Positions 1 through 12,700 of a DNA stretch of 64,000 nt are shown here, one piece after another. The DNA is from Phoronis australis (taxonomy: Eukaryota; Animalia; Phoronida), in assembly GCA_002633005.1 (NCBI GenBank), contig NMRA01000172.1:489303-553302 (forward strand). The letters are read 5' to 3'. Positions within the stretch are counted from its first letter, which is position 1; each line of letters begins with the position of its first letter. The position numbers and the translations under genes are program-made. The notes below the pieces were generated by a model. That model did no database searches. It saw only the letters and a list, made by a program, of their open reading frames with translations, and was not told the origin of the DNA.

Positions 1-193
1 TTCATATTATATCGTTTACAGCGGATGGATCCAATGTCTTACCAGGCTGATATTTTGGTGTTTCTGGAAGGTGCATGTTTGAGCTACCACAATTTTGTGA
101 ATGTTTTACAGTTTCTGACACACTATTTCTGGAAGGCATTTTTGTGTCAAGATTACGTCATTCGATGATCACTGTGACAGAATTATTGATTTT

Positions 194-1518
194 AAATCAG
201 TTTTGGTCGGTACCTCTAACACCTAGTGTTTTGTTTTCAACAGCATTCCGTGGATGAGATTTTTGGGATTTCTGATGGGCCAAACCCAAAATGTATTTGT
301 TTGTCATAAGCCATTTAGCTATCAGTGGTTTGCACTGAACCCTGTGCAATATTTTTATGTTGTAGCTAACTCAGTTTGACAGCCATTCTAAGACAACCAA
401 AGTTACCCTTGAAGCATTCAGCTTTCACTGGCGTGATTTTGCGTGGAATAGTATAATCTTTGTTTCTGGGCAAGGAACTTGGTTTACGGAGCACACGCCT
501 GGGTTCCATTCTCATGCAACATACTACTGAGACATTTCCGGAGAGATCGAATTTTCTCCCGTGGGGCAACATTCTAGTTGCATGCAACAAAATGTTTATT
601 TGAGCATGTGCAAAGAATTGGAAAACCACCAAGTAAATTATCATGATGACACTAATACCTCATTCTGAAGGTCCTTCTTTGCCCCAGCGGATATCAGCGT
701 TTTCACAACATCCGGGTCCGCTGAATGAGCTGCCTCCATCAAGGCTGTGGTGCATGCCTGTAAAGAATTGCGCAATATTGATATACAATAGAGCCATTTT
801 GACTCACTTCTCAATGAGAAATACACGAGCACTCCAATTTCATCTTCGTCATTTTTTNTAAATCAGTTTTGGTCGGTACCTCTAACACCTAGTGTTTTGT
901 TTTCAACAGCATTCCGTGGATGAGATTTTTGGGATTTCTGATGGGCCAAACCCAAAATGTATTTGTTTGTCATAAGCCATTTAGCTATCAGTGGTTTGCA
1001 CTGAACCCTGTGCAATATTTTTATGTTGTAGCTAACTCAGTTTGACAGCCATTCTAAGACAACCAAAGTTACCCTTGAAGCATTCAGCTATCACTGGCGT
1101 GATTTTGCGTGGAATAGTATAATCTTTGTTTCTGGGCAAGGAACTTGGTTTACGGAGCACACGCCTGGGTTCCATTCTCACGCAACATACTACTGAGACA
1201 TTTCCGGAGAGATCGAATTTTCTCCCGTGGGGCAACATTCTAATTGCATGCAACAAAATGTTTATTTGAGCATGTGCAAAGATTTAGAAAACCACCAAGT
1301 AAATTATGACACTAATACCTCATTTTGAAGGTCCTTCTTTGCCCCAGCGGATATCAGCGTTTTCACAACATCCGGGTCCGCTGAATGAGCTGCCTCCATC
1401 AAGGCTGTGGTGCATGCCTGTAAATAATTGCGCAATATTGATATACAATAGAGCCATTTTGACTCACTTCTCAATGAGAAATACACGAACACTCCAATTT
1501 CATCTTCGTCATTTTTTT
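194..1518 (+). repeat. Near-identical ~660-bp direct duplication joined at a single N (858)
   Basis: 194-857 versus 859-1518, differing by a few SNPs and indels. Confidence 0.9.
659..757 (-). CDS. Duplicate copy of ankyrin exon 1319-1417 (probably a haplotypic or assembly duplicate)
   Basis: Same 33-aa translation. Lies in a ~660-bp block repeated across the N at 858. Confidence 0.4.
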
Positions 1519-1604
1519 CAAATTGGTCTTATCGACAAGTCTGTTTATTTAGTCAAAATCATCAAAACCATGGATTTGAACACACAAGCACACGCACACA
1601 CACA

Positions 1605-1641
<37 letters not shown>

Positions 1642-4600
1642 ATTCCAAAAGTTGAAAGCCAACAGAAAATTCGCTTGATACGTTCAAGATAAAATCTCAA
1701 AAACACTACTGCAGTTTTCTGAATTATCATTTCGTTTCCTTTTATGTGGACTTTCAGTAAAAATCGTAAAAATCTTATTGTTAGGTAGTCCTTCACACAA
1801 ACGTGGAACTTTAATAAAGCTCAATTCCTCAACCTGGTTTGAAGAACACTCCATAAAGCATGGTATGTTAAAGTGTCATATGAATCCGCTCATTCGTTTC
1901 TGAGATATGATGTTCCGAACTTGGACATTTTTCTAGGGTCTCACATAAGGAATGTAGGCTAACGCCCGGTAGTATCTTCGGTGCTCCAAATCAATGAATT
2001 TGGCCTACTTCAAAGTTGTTTTTGTCGTCGACATAAGCATCGTGTCATTTTCACATTAATAGTTAGATACGGTGGCACCGGTGTGCATTCGAGCGTAAAA
2101 TGAAACGTCCCGTGGAATTTGTAAACTGCTGTCCTGTTGTAGTACGAGACTGGTTTTTGAGTAGGCCTGGTGGTTATTTCTGGACTATCAGTATGAGCTT
2201 TACTTAAGAATTTAACGTTTTACGAGTGTCCAATTTATTTAAACACGGAAGTGAGTTGAGCAAAATCGCCAATCCAAATCCCGACCATGAGTTGCAGACG
2301 AAGTACTTGCCGGAAGTAAAGCGTGCCATGTCTGCCAAGTTTCGCTAGTGAATGATGACGTCACGGCTTAATCGTAAGATCACAGATTTCGTCCATTGAA
2401 AAGATACGGAGTTGGCGGTCCATGTACTATAGTCTATAATTCCACGACGTCTAATCGATTTTTCGGCCTTCAATCATTTTCTAAGGAGCTGCAGACATCG
2501 TGTTCTGCGCAGTGTCCGATACACATGAGACTTCTGACCAATCAGATACAAGCGTCCCCAGAGAGCACGCGCGGCTGACAGAAGTGAACAAACGTAATTC
2601 ACAAAAGATGAGCATTACTCCCATGCTCATTCAAAAGTGGTGTGATCCATTTTCTTTGTTAACGGTAACACCAAGAGAAACCTGGGGAAGGCCTACCGAA
2701 CGCGATGCGCGTCACCATGGTCTCATCTTGCCTTCTGCATACCATCAAGCATGGGGTCGACGGCGGTGGCGTTCTCGTGCGAAAGCCCTTTAAGTCACCA
2801 AGGTACCACAGAATGTACAAATAATAGTCACCAACGTTACTTACATTGTACTTATGGTTAATGTTTGCCCCACTGTTGACCATTTTTCGGACGTATTTAG
2901 CGTCGTTGATACAGCAGCTAAAAATTAGTGACGTCATGCCATCCTGCAACACAACAAGAACACATTCAATATATCTGCAAGCCTTCGAAAATTTAACAGC
3001 TTTGACGTATTAAACAATTTCCAATTCATTTAAGGGAAAACAGATCGACTGGCCCTATGACGAACAATGCAATGAAAACCACCAAATAGGCCTATTACTT
3101 TTTAAGACCCTATTAGGGCACTTAACTTATTCTGAGAACGACCAGGTCGATCTTCACTGACATGTCGGTGAAATGAGCCGGCGGGAACGGGCAACTTTCT
3201 TAGTTTGCACTTGATGGCTCCAGATTTAAGGCTAAAAGTTCGAGTCTGATCTCGAAATTTCGAGTTTTTACTCGAAATCTCGAGTTTGTAGCTCGAATCC
3301 AGTAGGGGTCGTCAAATGCGAACGTGCACTGGAAACTTGTAAGAAAACCGTAATTTTCTCTGGTACAGACTAATAGCCACATGTCTTGAATTTGAGGAAG
3401 TAGACCGGTAAATTCTAACAGTAGTTTCAAATTTGATTTGAAGATTAGACCCAAGGCCCTGAAATGTGTCAATTGTCCTTCGTTGCAACTTGTGCACTTA
3501 CACCATAGTCATTCGGCCGAAACTTGATAAGCTCTTTTGCCAACTTTTGATTTCAAAAGTTGTGATAGAAGCAAACAACACACATCACAATCACCTAGAA
3601 ATATTGTTGACGTTTTAAGTTGGCATTGTTCTCTTTAAGACTTGCCTTGTGATGATGAGGTAGTTAAATAGGTCATGGATCATTTAGTAAGCTCCACTCT
3701 CAATGGTTAATATCTGGCTAATATGGTTTACACTAATCAATGAAAAGCAAGGTCACATGTATAGAGCAACTTCCTGCATGCACGTTTCCAGCCCAGTTTC
3801 TTGGATTTGCTATCTAACTTTATATTGAACTTCTAGCCAAGAACTGATATTGCGTATAGTAGCTGACAGTATTTTGGAAAGGTGTAAAAAAAAGCCTGCA
3901 GTGAAATAAAACAAACACGTTTATTCAAGAACTCGATGCATTTGTAAAGGTTTTATATCGAAATTTGATGATTTATTGGTGTAAAACGATGAATTCAAGC
4001 GATAAGTTGACACACTAGTAAGCATGTTGTGAACGGCTGAACAGACCGCGTTCGAACCGATTACGTCATTGGTTAATTTCAACACCTCGAGTCCGTCTGC
4101 CGTCAGGTGTAAGGTAAAACAACTGAACTTGCTGTAATCGAGTGGAACTACTCGATCTAAATTGATACATTATAGGTTGTTTTTGGGTGGCATTCTCCTT
4201 TGATATAATACATCATGTCTTGGAAAGACTTAAGATTTGAACCAAATCTTATTAAAAACGAATCGTGTGCTTACAGTGTAGGTCCACATAAACTCATTGA
4301 ACACTCTACAGCAATGCCTTTTAGGGAGGCCACTNCCTGTGCGTACTCTGCCTCGTTATACTCGGGCTCAAACATGTACCCACCCACTGAATGTCCGTGA
4401 AAAAATTCCTCGTCACCACTGCTGTGAAAAAGGTCTCCGTCACTCACACTACTGTCACTGTGATACGGGTCACCGACTCCAGCCATATACAGCTTACAGC
4501 ACACTAAACAAACCCTAAATCCAACGTAGTTGAGTTCTCTACTAACCTATCTTGCCGCAGAATACTCGCCGATAGAAAGTGGTGGCGACAATGGTTGAAA

Positions 4601-6484
4601 AACAGCACAAAACAAAAGTAGAATAGAACAGATTCGCACGGTAAAGTCAACGCAAAACCAAGTGGCGGGAAACGCTTGCCTCCTAAAACGTCACTTCCGG
4701 AGTAGCGGACGAGTAATTAATAAAATTACGATAAGCTGTAATTAAGTGGAAAATATGTCTAGGATAACCAACCAACCTTATTTTAGCTCAAAATGACATG
4801 GAAAAGGTTGCCTTCGCCTTTAAAGATTAGACCCAGGGCCCTGAAATGTGTCAATTGTCCTTTGTTACAACTTGTGCACTTACACACCTTAGTCATTCGG
4901 CCGAAACTTGATAAGCTCTTTTGCCAACTTTTGATTTCAAAAGTTGTGATAGAAGCAAACAACACACATCACAATCACCTAGAAATATTATTGACGTTTT
5001 AAGTTGGCATTGTTCTCTTTAAGACTTGCCTTGTGATGATGAGGTAGTTAAATAGGTCATGGATCATTCAGTAGCTCCACTCTCAATGGTTAATATCTGG
5101 CTAATATGGTTTACACTAATCAATGAAAAGCAAGGTCACATGTATAGAGCAACTTCCTGCATGCACGTTTCCAGCCCAGTTTCTTGGATTTGCTATCTAA
5201 CTTTATATTGAACTTCTAGCCAAGAACTGATATTGCGTATAGTAGCTGACAGTAAGAGTATTTTGGAAAGGTGTAAAAAAAGCCTGCAGTGAAATATAAC
5301 AAACACGTTTATTCAAGAACTCGATGCATTTGTAAAGGTTTTATATCGAAATTTGATGATTTATTGGTGTAAAACGACGCATTCAAGCGATAAGTTGACA
5401 CACTAGCAAGCGTGTTGTGAACGGCTGAACAGACCGCGTTCGAACCGATTACGTCATTGGTTAATTTCAACACCTCGAGTCCGTCTGCCGTCAGGTGTAA
5501 GGTAAAACAACTGAACTTGCTGTAATCGAGTGGAACTACTCGATCTAAATTGATACATTATAGGTTGTTTTTGGGTGGCATTCTCCTTTGATATAATACA
5601 TCATGTCTTGGAAAGACTTAAGATTTGAACCAAATCTTATTAAAAACGAATCGTGTGCTTACAGTGTAGGTCCACATAAACTCATTGAACACTCTACAGC
5701 AATGCCTTTTAGGGAGGCCACTAAAATAATTTGGGCAAGGCTGCCTGCATTCTAACATGATTGACATTAAGCCTAACATTGGTAATCATGACCTTGAAAA
5801 CGTCTGGTTACCATGGTAACGATACCCAATTCAGCTTAGTACACAAGATTCAATTCAATCTTGCCTGCTTTCTAACGTGAGTTTGCTGTCAAACCTGGAA
5901 TTTCTGGTTTCAACTGGCAAAATAACTGGTCACCATGACAACGATGCGTATTCCAGCTTGGCGACCCCTTAGTTTCAAGGGGGGGCCTGACTATCAGTAC
6001 TTTGATCATGGTTTCCTGCTTCTAACGTGAGTTTGCCATCAAGCATAAAATTACTGATTTTGGCCTGCTGACTAACTGGGCGTGATTAACTGATATATCA
6101 CCTGCATTGTTTTTTAAAGATGTAACCTACCGATCGAGCAGTTGAGTCCACATTAAGCAGCTCCAGTTCATCTAACTGGTCGTCGTCAAAAGTCACATAC
6201 GGTACGATGTTTGTGGTTTTCCGAATTTTGCACAATTCTGAAACTAATTTCTTAAAATCGGCAAATTTGATTCCTTTTCCTTTGATAACCTTTTTCCTGA
6301 CACATTTTAGAAAAACCGCATCAGTAGAATTGGCGCGTCCGTCTTTTGCCGTATTCGTGTTCAAACATCTTGTAGAACCTGATTGAAATGTATCTTTGAA
6401 TTCCACATCTAGCTCAAACGAATCTTTGTCGTCATCTCCGCAGTCCCACCCGGTTACGGCAGAAACCCAACCGACGGTCGACAT
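1150..6484 (-). CDS. Ankyrin-repeat protein, divergent from the RNase L-like gene; 3' end uncertain
   Basis: Exon 6131-6484 (ATG, 118 codons, donor gtaggt). Two 99-nt phase-0 ankyrin exons: 2845-2943 (DGMTSLIFSCCINDAKYVRKMVNSGANINHKYN) and 1319-1417 (ACTTALMEAAHSADPDVVKTLISAGAKKDLQNE). Tentative terminal exon 1150-1239 (NVAPREKIRSLRKCLSS...stop), or the gene may continue beyond the window. Confidence 0.6.
1579..1639 (+). repeat. (CA)n microsatellite
   Basis: Direct reading. Confidence 0.95.
3441..5722 (+). repeat. Near-identical ~895-bp duplication (3441-4334 versus 4823-5722) next to the N at 4335
   Basis: Both copies run from aagattagaccc to ttagggaggccact, with scattered SNPs and a small indel. 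Confidence 0.9.
4336..4823 (-). mobile_element. Terminal fragment of a Kolobok-like DNA transposon, truncated by the gap
   Basis: Begins on the minus strand TTAA|AGGCGAAGG at 4823-4811. Absent from the duplicate block, which has TTGA at 3438-3441. Encodes an acidic N-terminus ending GYMFEPEY. Confidence 0.45.
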
Positions 6485-6773
6485 TATAAGCAATAGCTCT
6501 ATAAAATTCAAATATGACTAGCAAAAATTTAAACCGCTGATTATCAAACACTTTATGCTCTGAAAAACGTTGCGTTCGCAGTGAGATCTAAGTTATTATT
6601 TCTTGCATTTATTGCGTCACATATACAAATGTTTGACCGCACAAACAAGACTAAACGATCATCATAGTTAAGAACGCGCACAGAGTGGCATTGTGCCGGA
6701 AAACGTGAAGTTTGAGATATTTATTTTGCACTATATCGTGACCAAAATTTTGTCGAGATTTACTCAGGTTGCG
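6485..6773. promoter_or_regulatory. Putative bidirectional promoter between the two ankyrin genes
   Basis: The predicted divergent start codons are only ~290 bp apart; inferred from geometry alone. Confidence 0.45.
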
Positions 6774-9700
6774 ATGGCATTGGAGAAGAATCCATTGCTA
6801 TGCAAACATGGAATCTCTTTGATCAGCTGCGGATCGTGTTCAACCAGAGAGAATATGCTTCATTTCTTGAGAAAAGGTGAACAACGTCAGGGTGAAATGA
6901 ACAGTGTACGACTGCTGGACCAAGTTCTTCAAGACTCCTCTCTTTCAGTCATGTGTAAAGATGAACTGGTAAAACTTAGATATTTTTGCTGTCGTGAATT
7001 ACATATGACATAGTGCATACAAACACTCATTTTTGCACAACTCAGGTGCTGACGGCAAAAGTGATGCAACCGAGTGACTTTTAAAACATGAGCCACACCA
7101 CCGATAAGTACGTTTTGAACAACCATAAGCAGCACCAGCAAATCCCCTGTTTAGTCCCATTTTATTGATGAAAACGCAGTACAGGAATACTTAGCCTTCA
7201 TACAGCTAGCTGGTTGGCTAACAGTAAAGTTCCCTTCTGACATGATCATAGATCGCCACCTGCTGCATCACATTGGTGAGCTACAAATAACATAGGTCGA
7301 GAAAATAAAACTTTAGTAACACAGGTGCCAGAGATGCACATTTCCGTTAAATCCAACTGGTTACTGCACTGTACACATACATATATAAGATGAAGGTAGT
7401 CGTCTTTGAACTTCAACAAAAACAATAATGCGCGTCAAAACACAGTCACGATTGTCAAACAAAGCTATTTCTTTCACTTGAATCCGCCTCGACTTTGAAT
7501 TTACACACATTTTCCGAGTTTTATAAGTTTGACTAGTTTTCAGACTACGCTGGTTTGGCTGCCTTCAGTTCTATATAATTCTGTACAGCATACGAAAATT
7601 ACCGAGCGCTCTTTGGACGAAGTCTGTCGAGAAAAATGAGAACACGCAAGACCATGCAAAATCGCGCGAGTGTTTCGCGAGTATACTCACTGGAGTAACC
7701 AAATAAAATGACGGCTACTGAAGTGATTAGTTGGTGAGACTGCAGTGTTGAATTATGGGATAGCATGCATGAATTATTAGATGTAACTCGCTGTTTCAGT
7801 TAAATGAAATTATCTCGCCGCAACTGTATTGTTTTCGTATTGTGTCTCGATGAAGATTTCATCAGAGATAATTACTTCAGTGAGTCGCAATAGCTTCATT
7901 TGACAACTAGGAGTGAGAATTACTTCTCTTTTCACGCGAGCGTGTTTGTTGAAGTTTGAAGATATTTACCTGTATTTCAAATGTAGCGTAGTACTGGTGG
8001 TAGTATAGAAGTGGATCGTTAGGATTTCGATCAAGTGTGGCTTGTTAATAGGACGACATTAAGAACTTGTTGTTTTCGCTGTCGAGAAAATCGAGAGAGA
8101 TATTCATTTCCTTCGCTTTAGAGACCACCCTTGTTGCAACTTGATGTCTCGTGTATACACTAACTGTGTATAAGTTGCTCACCATACAGGTCGCAGATAT
8201 ACGAAAGAAAAATCCTCTATCAGCACCGTTCACCAAGAACACCTTCGCATTCACCTAACGAACTTTGCAGATACATTTATATAGTGTATGTGTCATATGT
8301 TATCTTCGTTGTTACCCGTTGCGGACAGATTTGTAATGCTGCATTTGACAGCCTCCATGCTTACTTCCAGTTCGGGATGCCAGCGCTGTGCCTCGTGTCG
8401 TCTATCGGTCACGAAGAGAGTGTGAAAAAACTACTTCACGCGGGAGCTGACGTCAATTGCGTTGTACCCACGGTACTTTGAATTATACATTTTGAAAACT
8501 CCTAAATCGGCAAGCATGATTATTGCTTTCTGGAAGTTTGACGGATGAGACCAAAGACCACTCACCTCGAACCACAGAATTTCTGTTGTAAGAGAATGAG
8601 AAAGTGATTGGTGCGCAAATTGTACATGTAAATAAAACACAGTGAAATTATAGTGAATCTGCAAAAGTTGTCGTTTATAATGTGCCGCTCAGGTACTGCA
8701 TCTGGAATGTAGTAACTGACAGAACTAGTAATGGTTGAAATCGCCAAAATAAGTTTTGCACCATTCTATAAGCGTGTAGGACGATTCAAGAGTCTGTTTC
8801 ACTATAATGTCGCAACTTTAAGACGTTTTTACACATTATCTAAAAACCAAAATTTATGACTGGCCCTAGTTGCATGAAAATTATTCGCTGGATAGCAGCA
8901 ATGACGTCATTACAACCCGTCTCTTGGGTATTGCTGAACACTGCTTCTGACGTCATGCAGCAATTCAACTTATCCATCATTACTTCTGAAGCTACATGCA
9001 ACCTGAGCCCTGTATCGTTAATTGCCATTTAGACATTTGTTAACGAAACGTCCTAAAGCTTCTAAATTCTATTGAAACATGCATCAGGTCTTCAAGCTGC
9101 TGCCCTCAGAGGCCACTCGTATTATTACGATCTTAATGTCTTGCGTCATAACTTAAAATTAAGGGGGTGCGGATTTTTGAATTTTGATATTTTGTACTTT
9201 GTCTTTGGCCTACAAAATTTGTATTTCACGGAATTAGGTTTGCCGGCACCTCTGGTAACAAAATAAAGTTTACACGGGTCACTAAAAAATCAACTTTTAT
9301 TTAAAGCAACGATTGAAAATTTTTGACAACGGGTTAAATTCCTTGTTTTGTGATACTGTTATTTTTAACGGGCTCACTTATATTCCTAGTTTACCGATAT
9401 TTTGCGTCAGCGAAGGAATAAAAGTATTTTTTCTCGATTCTGACACAAACGACTAAAAAAGGTTTCTAAAGATTACGACTATAAAGGTCGTAAGTTTTTT
9501 AGGTATACGACTCCCAGATCACCAAATGAAAACCCAAGTCACACTTAGCGAGTACATTTACATCTAAGGTGGGATTGATCAGTTGCGGCATTTTTACATT
9601 TTAGGACAAGAACTCTCCGTTGATTTTGGCGACACAGGGAAGGCATATTGAACTTATCAAGCTACTGATTACAGCCGGAGCTAACCTAGCGCATTGCAAC

Positions 9701-12700
9701 AACGTGCGTATGAAGTCATTTCCATGTAGCGGGAGACGTAGAGAATTTCATTGGAGATTGACTAGAGCGTGACTCTCAACCATCTCTTTCATTTTGTTGT
9801 CATCGGCACTCTTAACAGAAGCGTTGACCGCAGATTCAGAATAGTTACTTGACATGCTGTAATATCAAGACAATTGCGAAATATCAAGAAGAGATTAATT
9901 CAAACACTGAAACTATCAAACTCAAGTTATAAACGTTGCGTCCGTATCTCACGGACATCAACTCAGGGGCGAATCCAGAATTTTGAGTTAAGGGGGGGCA
10001 GGACAGAGTATTGGCCAGGATTTTGTCTGCCAGACTTTGGCACCCCCGAACTGCCAAATGGAATCTGGCAGAATTCTAGGTGGGCGATGGCCCCCTTGGC
10101 CCCCCTCTAAATCTGCCACTATGTATTGACCTCCAAATGAAGTTCTGGTGCGGTAGATCAGCGGTGGTTCTGTCCCATCTCAGACCACCATCTTATTGAG
10201 AGCTGGTTTCTCCACGCGTTCATGTAGTGTCCCCTTAACCTCTTCACTAAAACAGTAGTCTCCCCAATCCGAGATAACGACATCCTTGGTTTCAAAATCG
10301 TGTCTTGCTCTGTTGAGATGACTACGTGCAGTCGTATGTGGTCCCATAATTGTGACCATGAATTGCTGACACACAATCACGTTCAAGTACTGTTTCGTAT
10401 CAGCAACATATCTGTCTGAACACTGAGACGCCGTGCGCTACACACCATATACTCCATGAGACTTGATCCCCTTCGGAGCTCAATGCAAGCCCAAATTGTC
10501 GCAACAACCCAAATTGTCACAACTTCGAATTGCGACAATTTGGGTCAGCGCTGCCCATGATGAATTCACCAGTTGGGTTTTTCTTGTAATACAAACTGTT
10601 TAAATGTCCTCTACTCACACCGAAGAACCGAAATAATAACTGTCACCGAGGAGTCCATCAAGAGACCCAAGTCAACTATCTTCAACAGAAAGCATGCCTA
10701 ACAACATTAGAAATACCAAACCTGGAAAACCCCATCTAGAGCCTTTCGTCAAGATATGGAATACCTACCGTTATGAAATTTGTCTTACACTCTTCCTTCT
10801 ATAGTACATGTGATTTCAGTGCCATATACGACAGCGGTATTTAGTCTAAAGCTGGTAATGTAACTAAGGAGCCATAAAGAGAGAGACCATTTCTGTGCTA
10901 CGGTAGCACGGTGCATGATATTTCAACTTCCTCACATATGGGACAGGAACATCGCCGATTATATACAAAATAACTTGATTTTTTGTGAATTTATGTAGAA
11001 CGCAACCCTGTCAAGAACGACTGTAGATAATGAGCACATTAACCTGCGGATGTGCTTCGTTTGTTGAAATTTATGTTACACCCGAGTATCCAAGCAGACG
11101 TGACGCGACTGAGATGAGTGTACATGTAAAAAATGAATCAATTACTGTATTGCATTTATTTCTTCGGTTAAGTAACGTTTCATTGACTGGCGTACGTTAG
11201 CATTTTGTTACTTTCTTGATGTTGTTGAGAAAGTGTGATTTCTCGTTTACAGGAGGGCAACAATGCTTTCATGGTGGCTGTGTCGACTGGAGATGCACAT
11301 CCCGTCAACCTCCTTTGGCAGTATAGGAGTAACTTTAATATTAACCAAGAGAACGTGGTATGGTACAGTGTGCGCTATTAGACTTGTCAAGCGATATGCA
11401 CAAACGAAACCCTTCGTTAACATTGTGCACCTGCTGGTGTATATTATTCAGCAACACTCATGATATTTTATGTCCTAGTAAACATATAGACTTAATTCAC
11501 GCCGACAGGAGGCGCGTTTCAAAACGAGGCTTGCTACGATAGCTCAGTTGACTTATTGGCATAGCTGTATGCTGCGCTGCTTGAACGGCTGTTTTACAAT
11601 TCCTAAGGACGTTGAGATTCGGAAGCGTTGGGTAGTTGACATACGCCGCGACGAAGGAAAATATGTGCGTGTAAAATTTTTAAATGTTTTCGAAAAGTTA
11701 GATCATATTTTAATTGTCGTATCTCGGTTGCCGAGCATCACGACAACGACCGGAGAATTTCCAGCCAGCCAGAAACTACGGATTGAAACATGATGCATTT
11801 TTCTTTCAAAGAAGGACAGGGCTCTCAATCCCTCGATTTTGGGGACAACCATTTCCCTAATTCCCTCTCAAAAATATTGAAAACAATCATGTGAAATTCC
11901 TCCCACGAGGCCTAAAAATTCCCCTAGTGATTGAAAAGTTCTCTCCGGAGTTCAAATCACCTGTAACCATACAGGTGACAATTTGAAAGAGCACAAAATG
12001 CTACTTCAGACAGAGCCTATGAGAGCTTGCAACAGGACGGGGGTGCTATATGGTGATCGGGAGGTAGATTTCCTCCTCACAAGGCGAAAAAGTTCCCCTC
12101 TCAGAAGTCACAGACACTTTTTCATCTCATTTCGATGACCGAGGCCCATGAAGAAACATAATAACCATGCTTGCTCTGTCCAGTTATCTGAAATTGAGTC
12201 ACTAAAACGAGGTTATGCTTTAGATGAACGATTTAGGTGCTTTAATTTTAAAATTCAACTTCGCCCAGATTGATATTTGAAACCTAACACATGAAATAGA
12301 CGTTCATGTAAGAATTATTAAAACCAAGAAAGCAGAATCGATGATCAAATAATTTTTATTTTCAATTACGAGCCTGGTTTTTTGTTTTGATAAAAATATA
12401 TTTAATAACATCAATTATTCTTTCAGGTCAATGACAAATCAACTGTTAGTCCCGGTAGTCCCCACCTCACCAGGCCCTAGGCTGTAGTTGATGTTAATAT
12501 TCTTTATCAACAAATTAAACCAAATGTGTCTAATCGCACATGAAAGCAAAATGCGATGAGCCACCACTGTCGAATAGTCAAATCGTCAACAATACGAGCA
12601 GATGACTTGGTTCGCGTAGAAAGCATTTTTATCAACAAATTTACAAGAAAAAGCTTAACCCTGCATTCAGCATGATACCTAATCCGTAACATTGCGATCA

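Noticed and set aside
194-1518. True tandem duplication of an ankyrin exon (mutually exclusive exons)
   Set aside because: The copies are nearly identical including intron sequence and join at an N; most likely uncollapsed haplotypes.
5745-6060. Three degenerate repeats containing ttctaacgtgagtttgc as a structured RNA array
   Set aside because: Irregular spacing and low identity; more likely an old repeat.
6098-6511. Stand-alone secreted protein with a signal peptide
   Set aside because: The apparent signal depends on a TTG start. The first ATG is at 6484, and a donor at 6130 links the exon to ankyrin exons.
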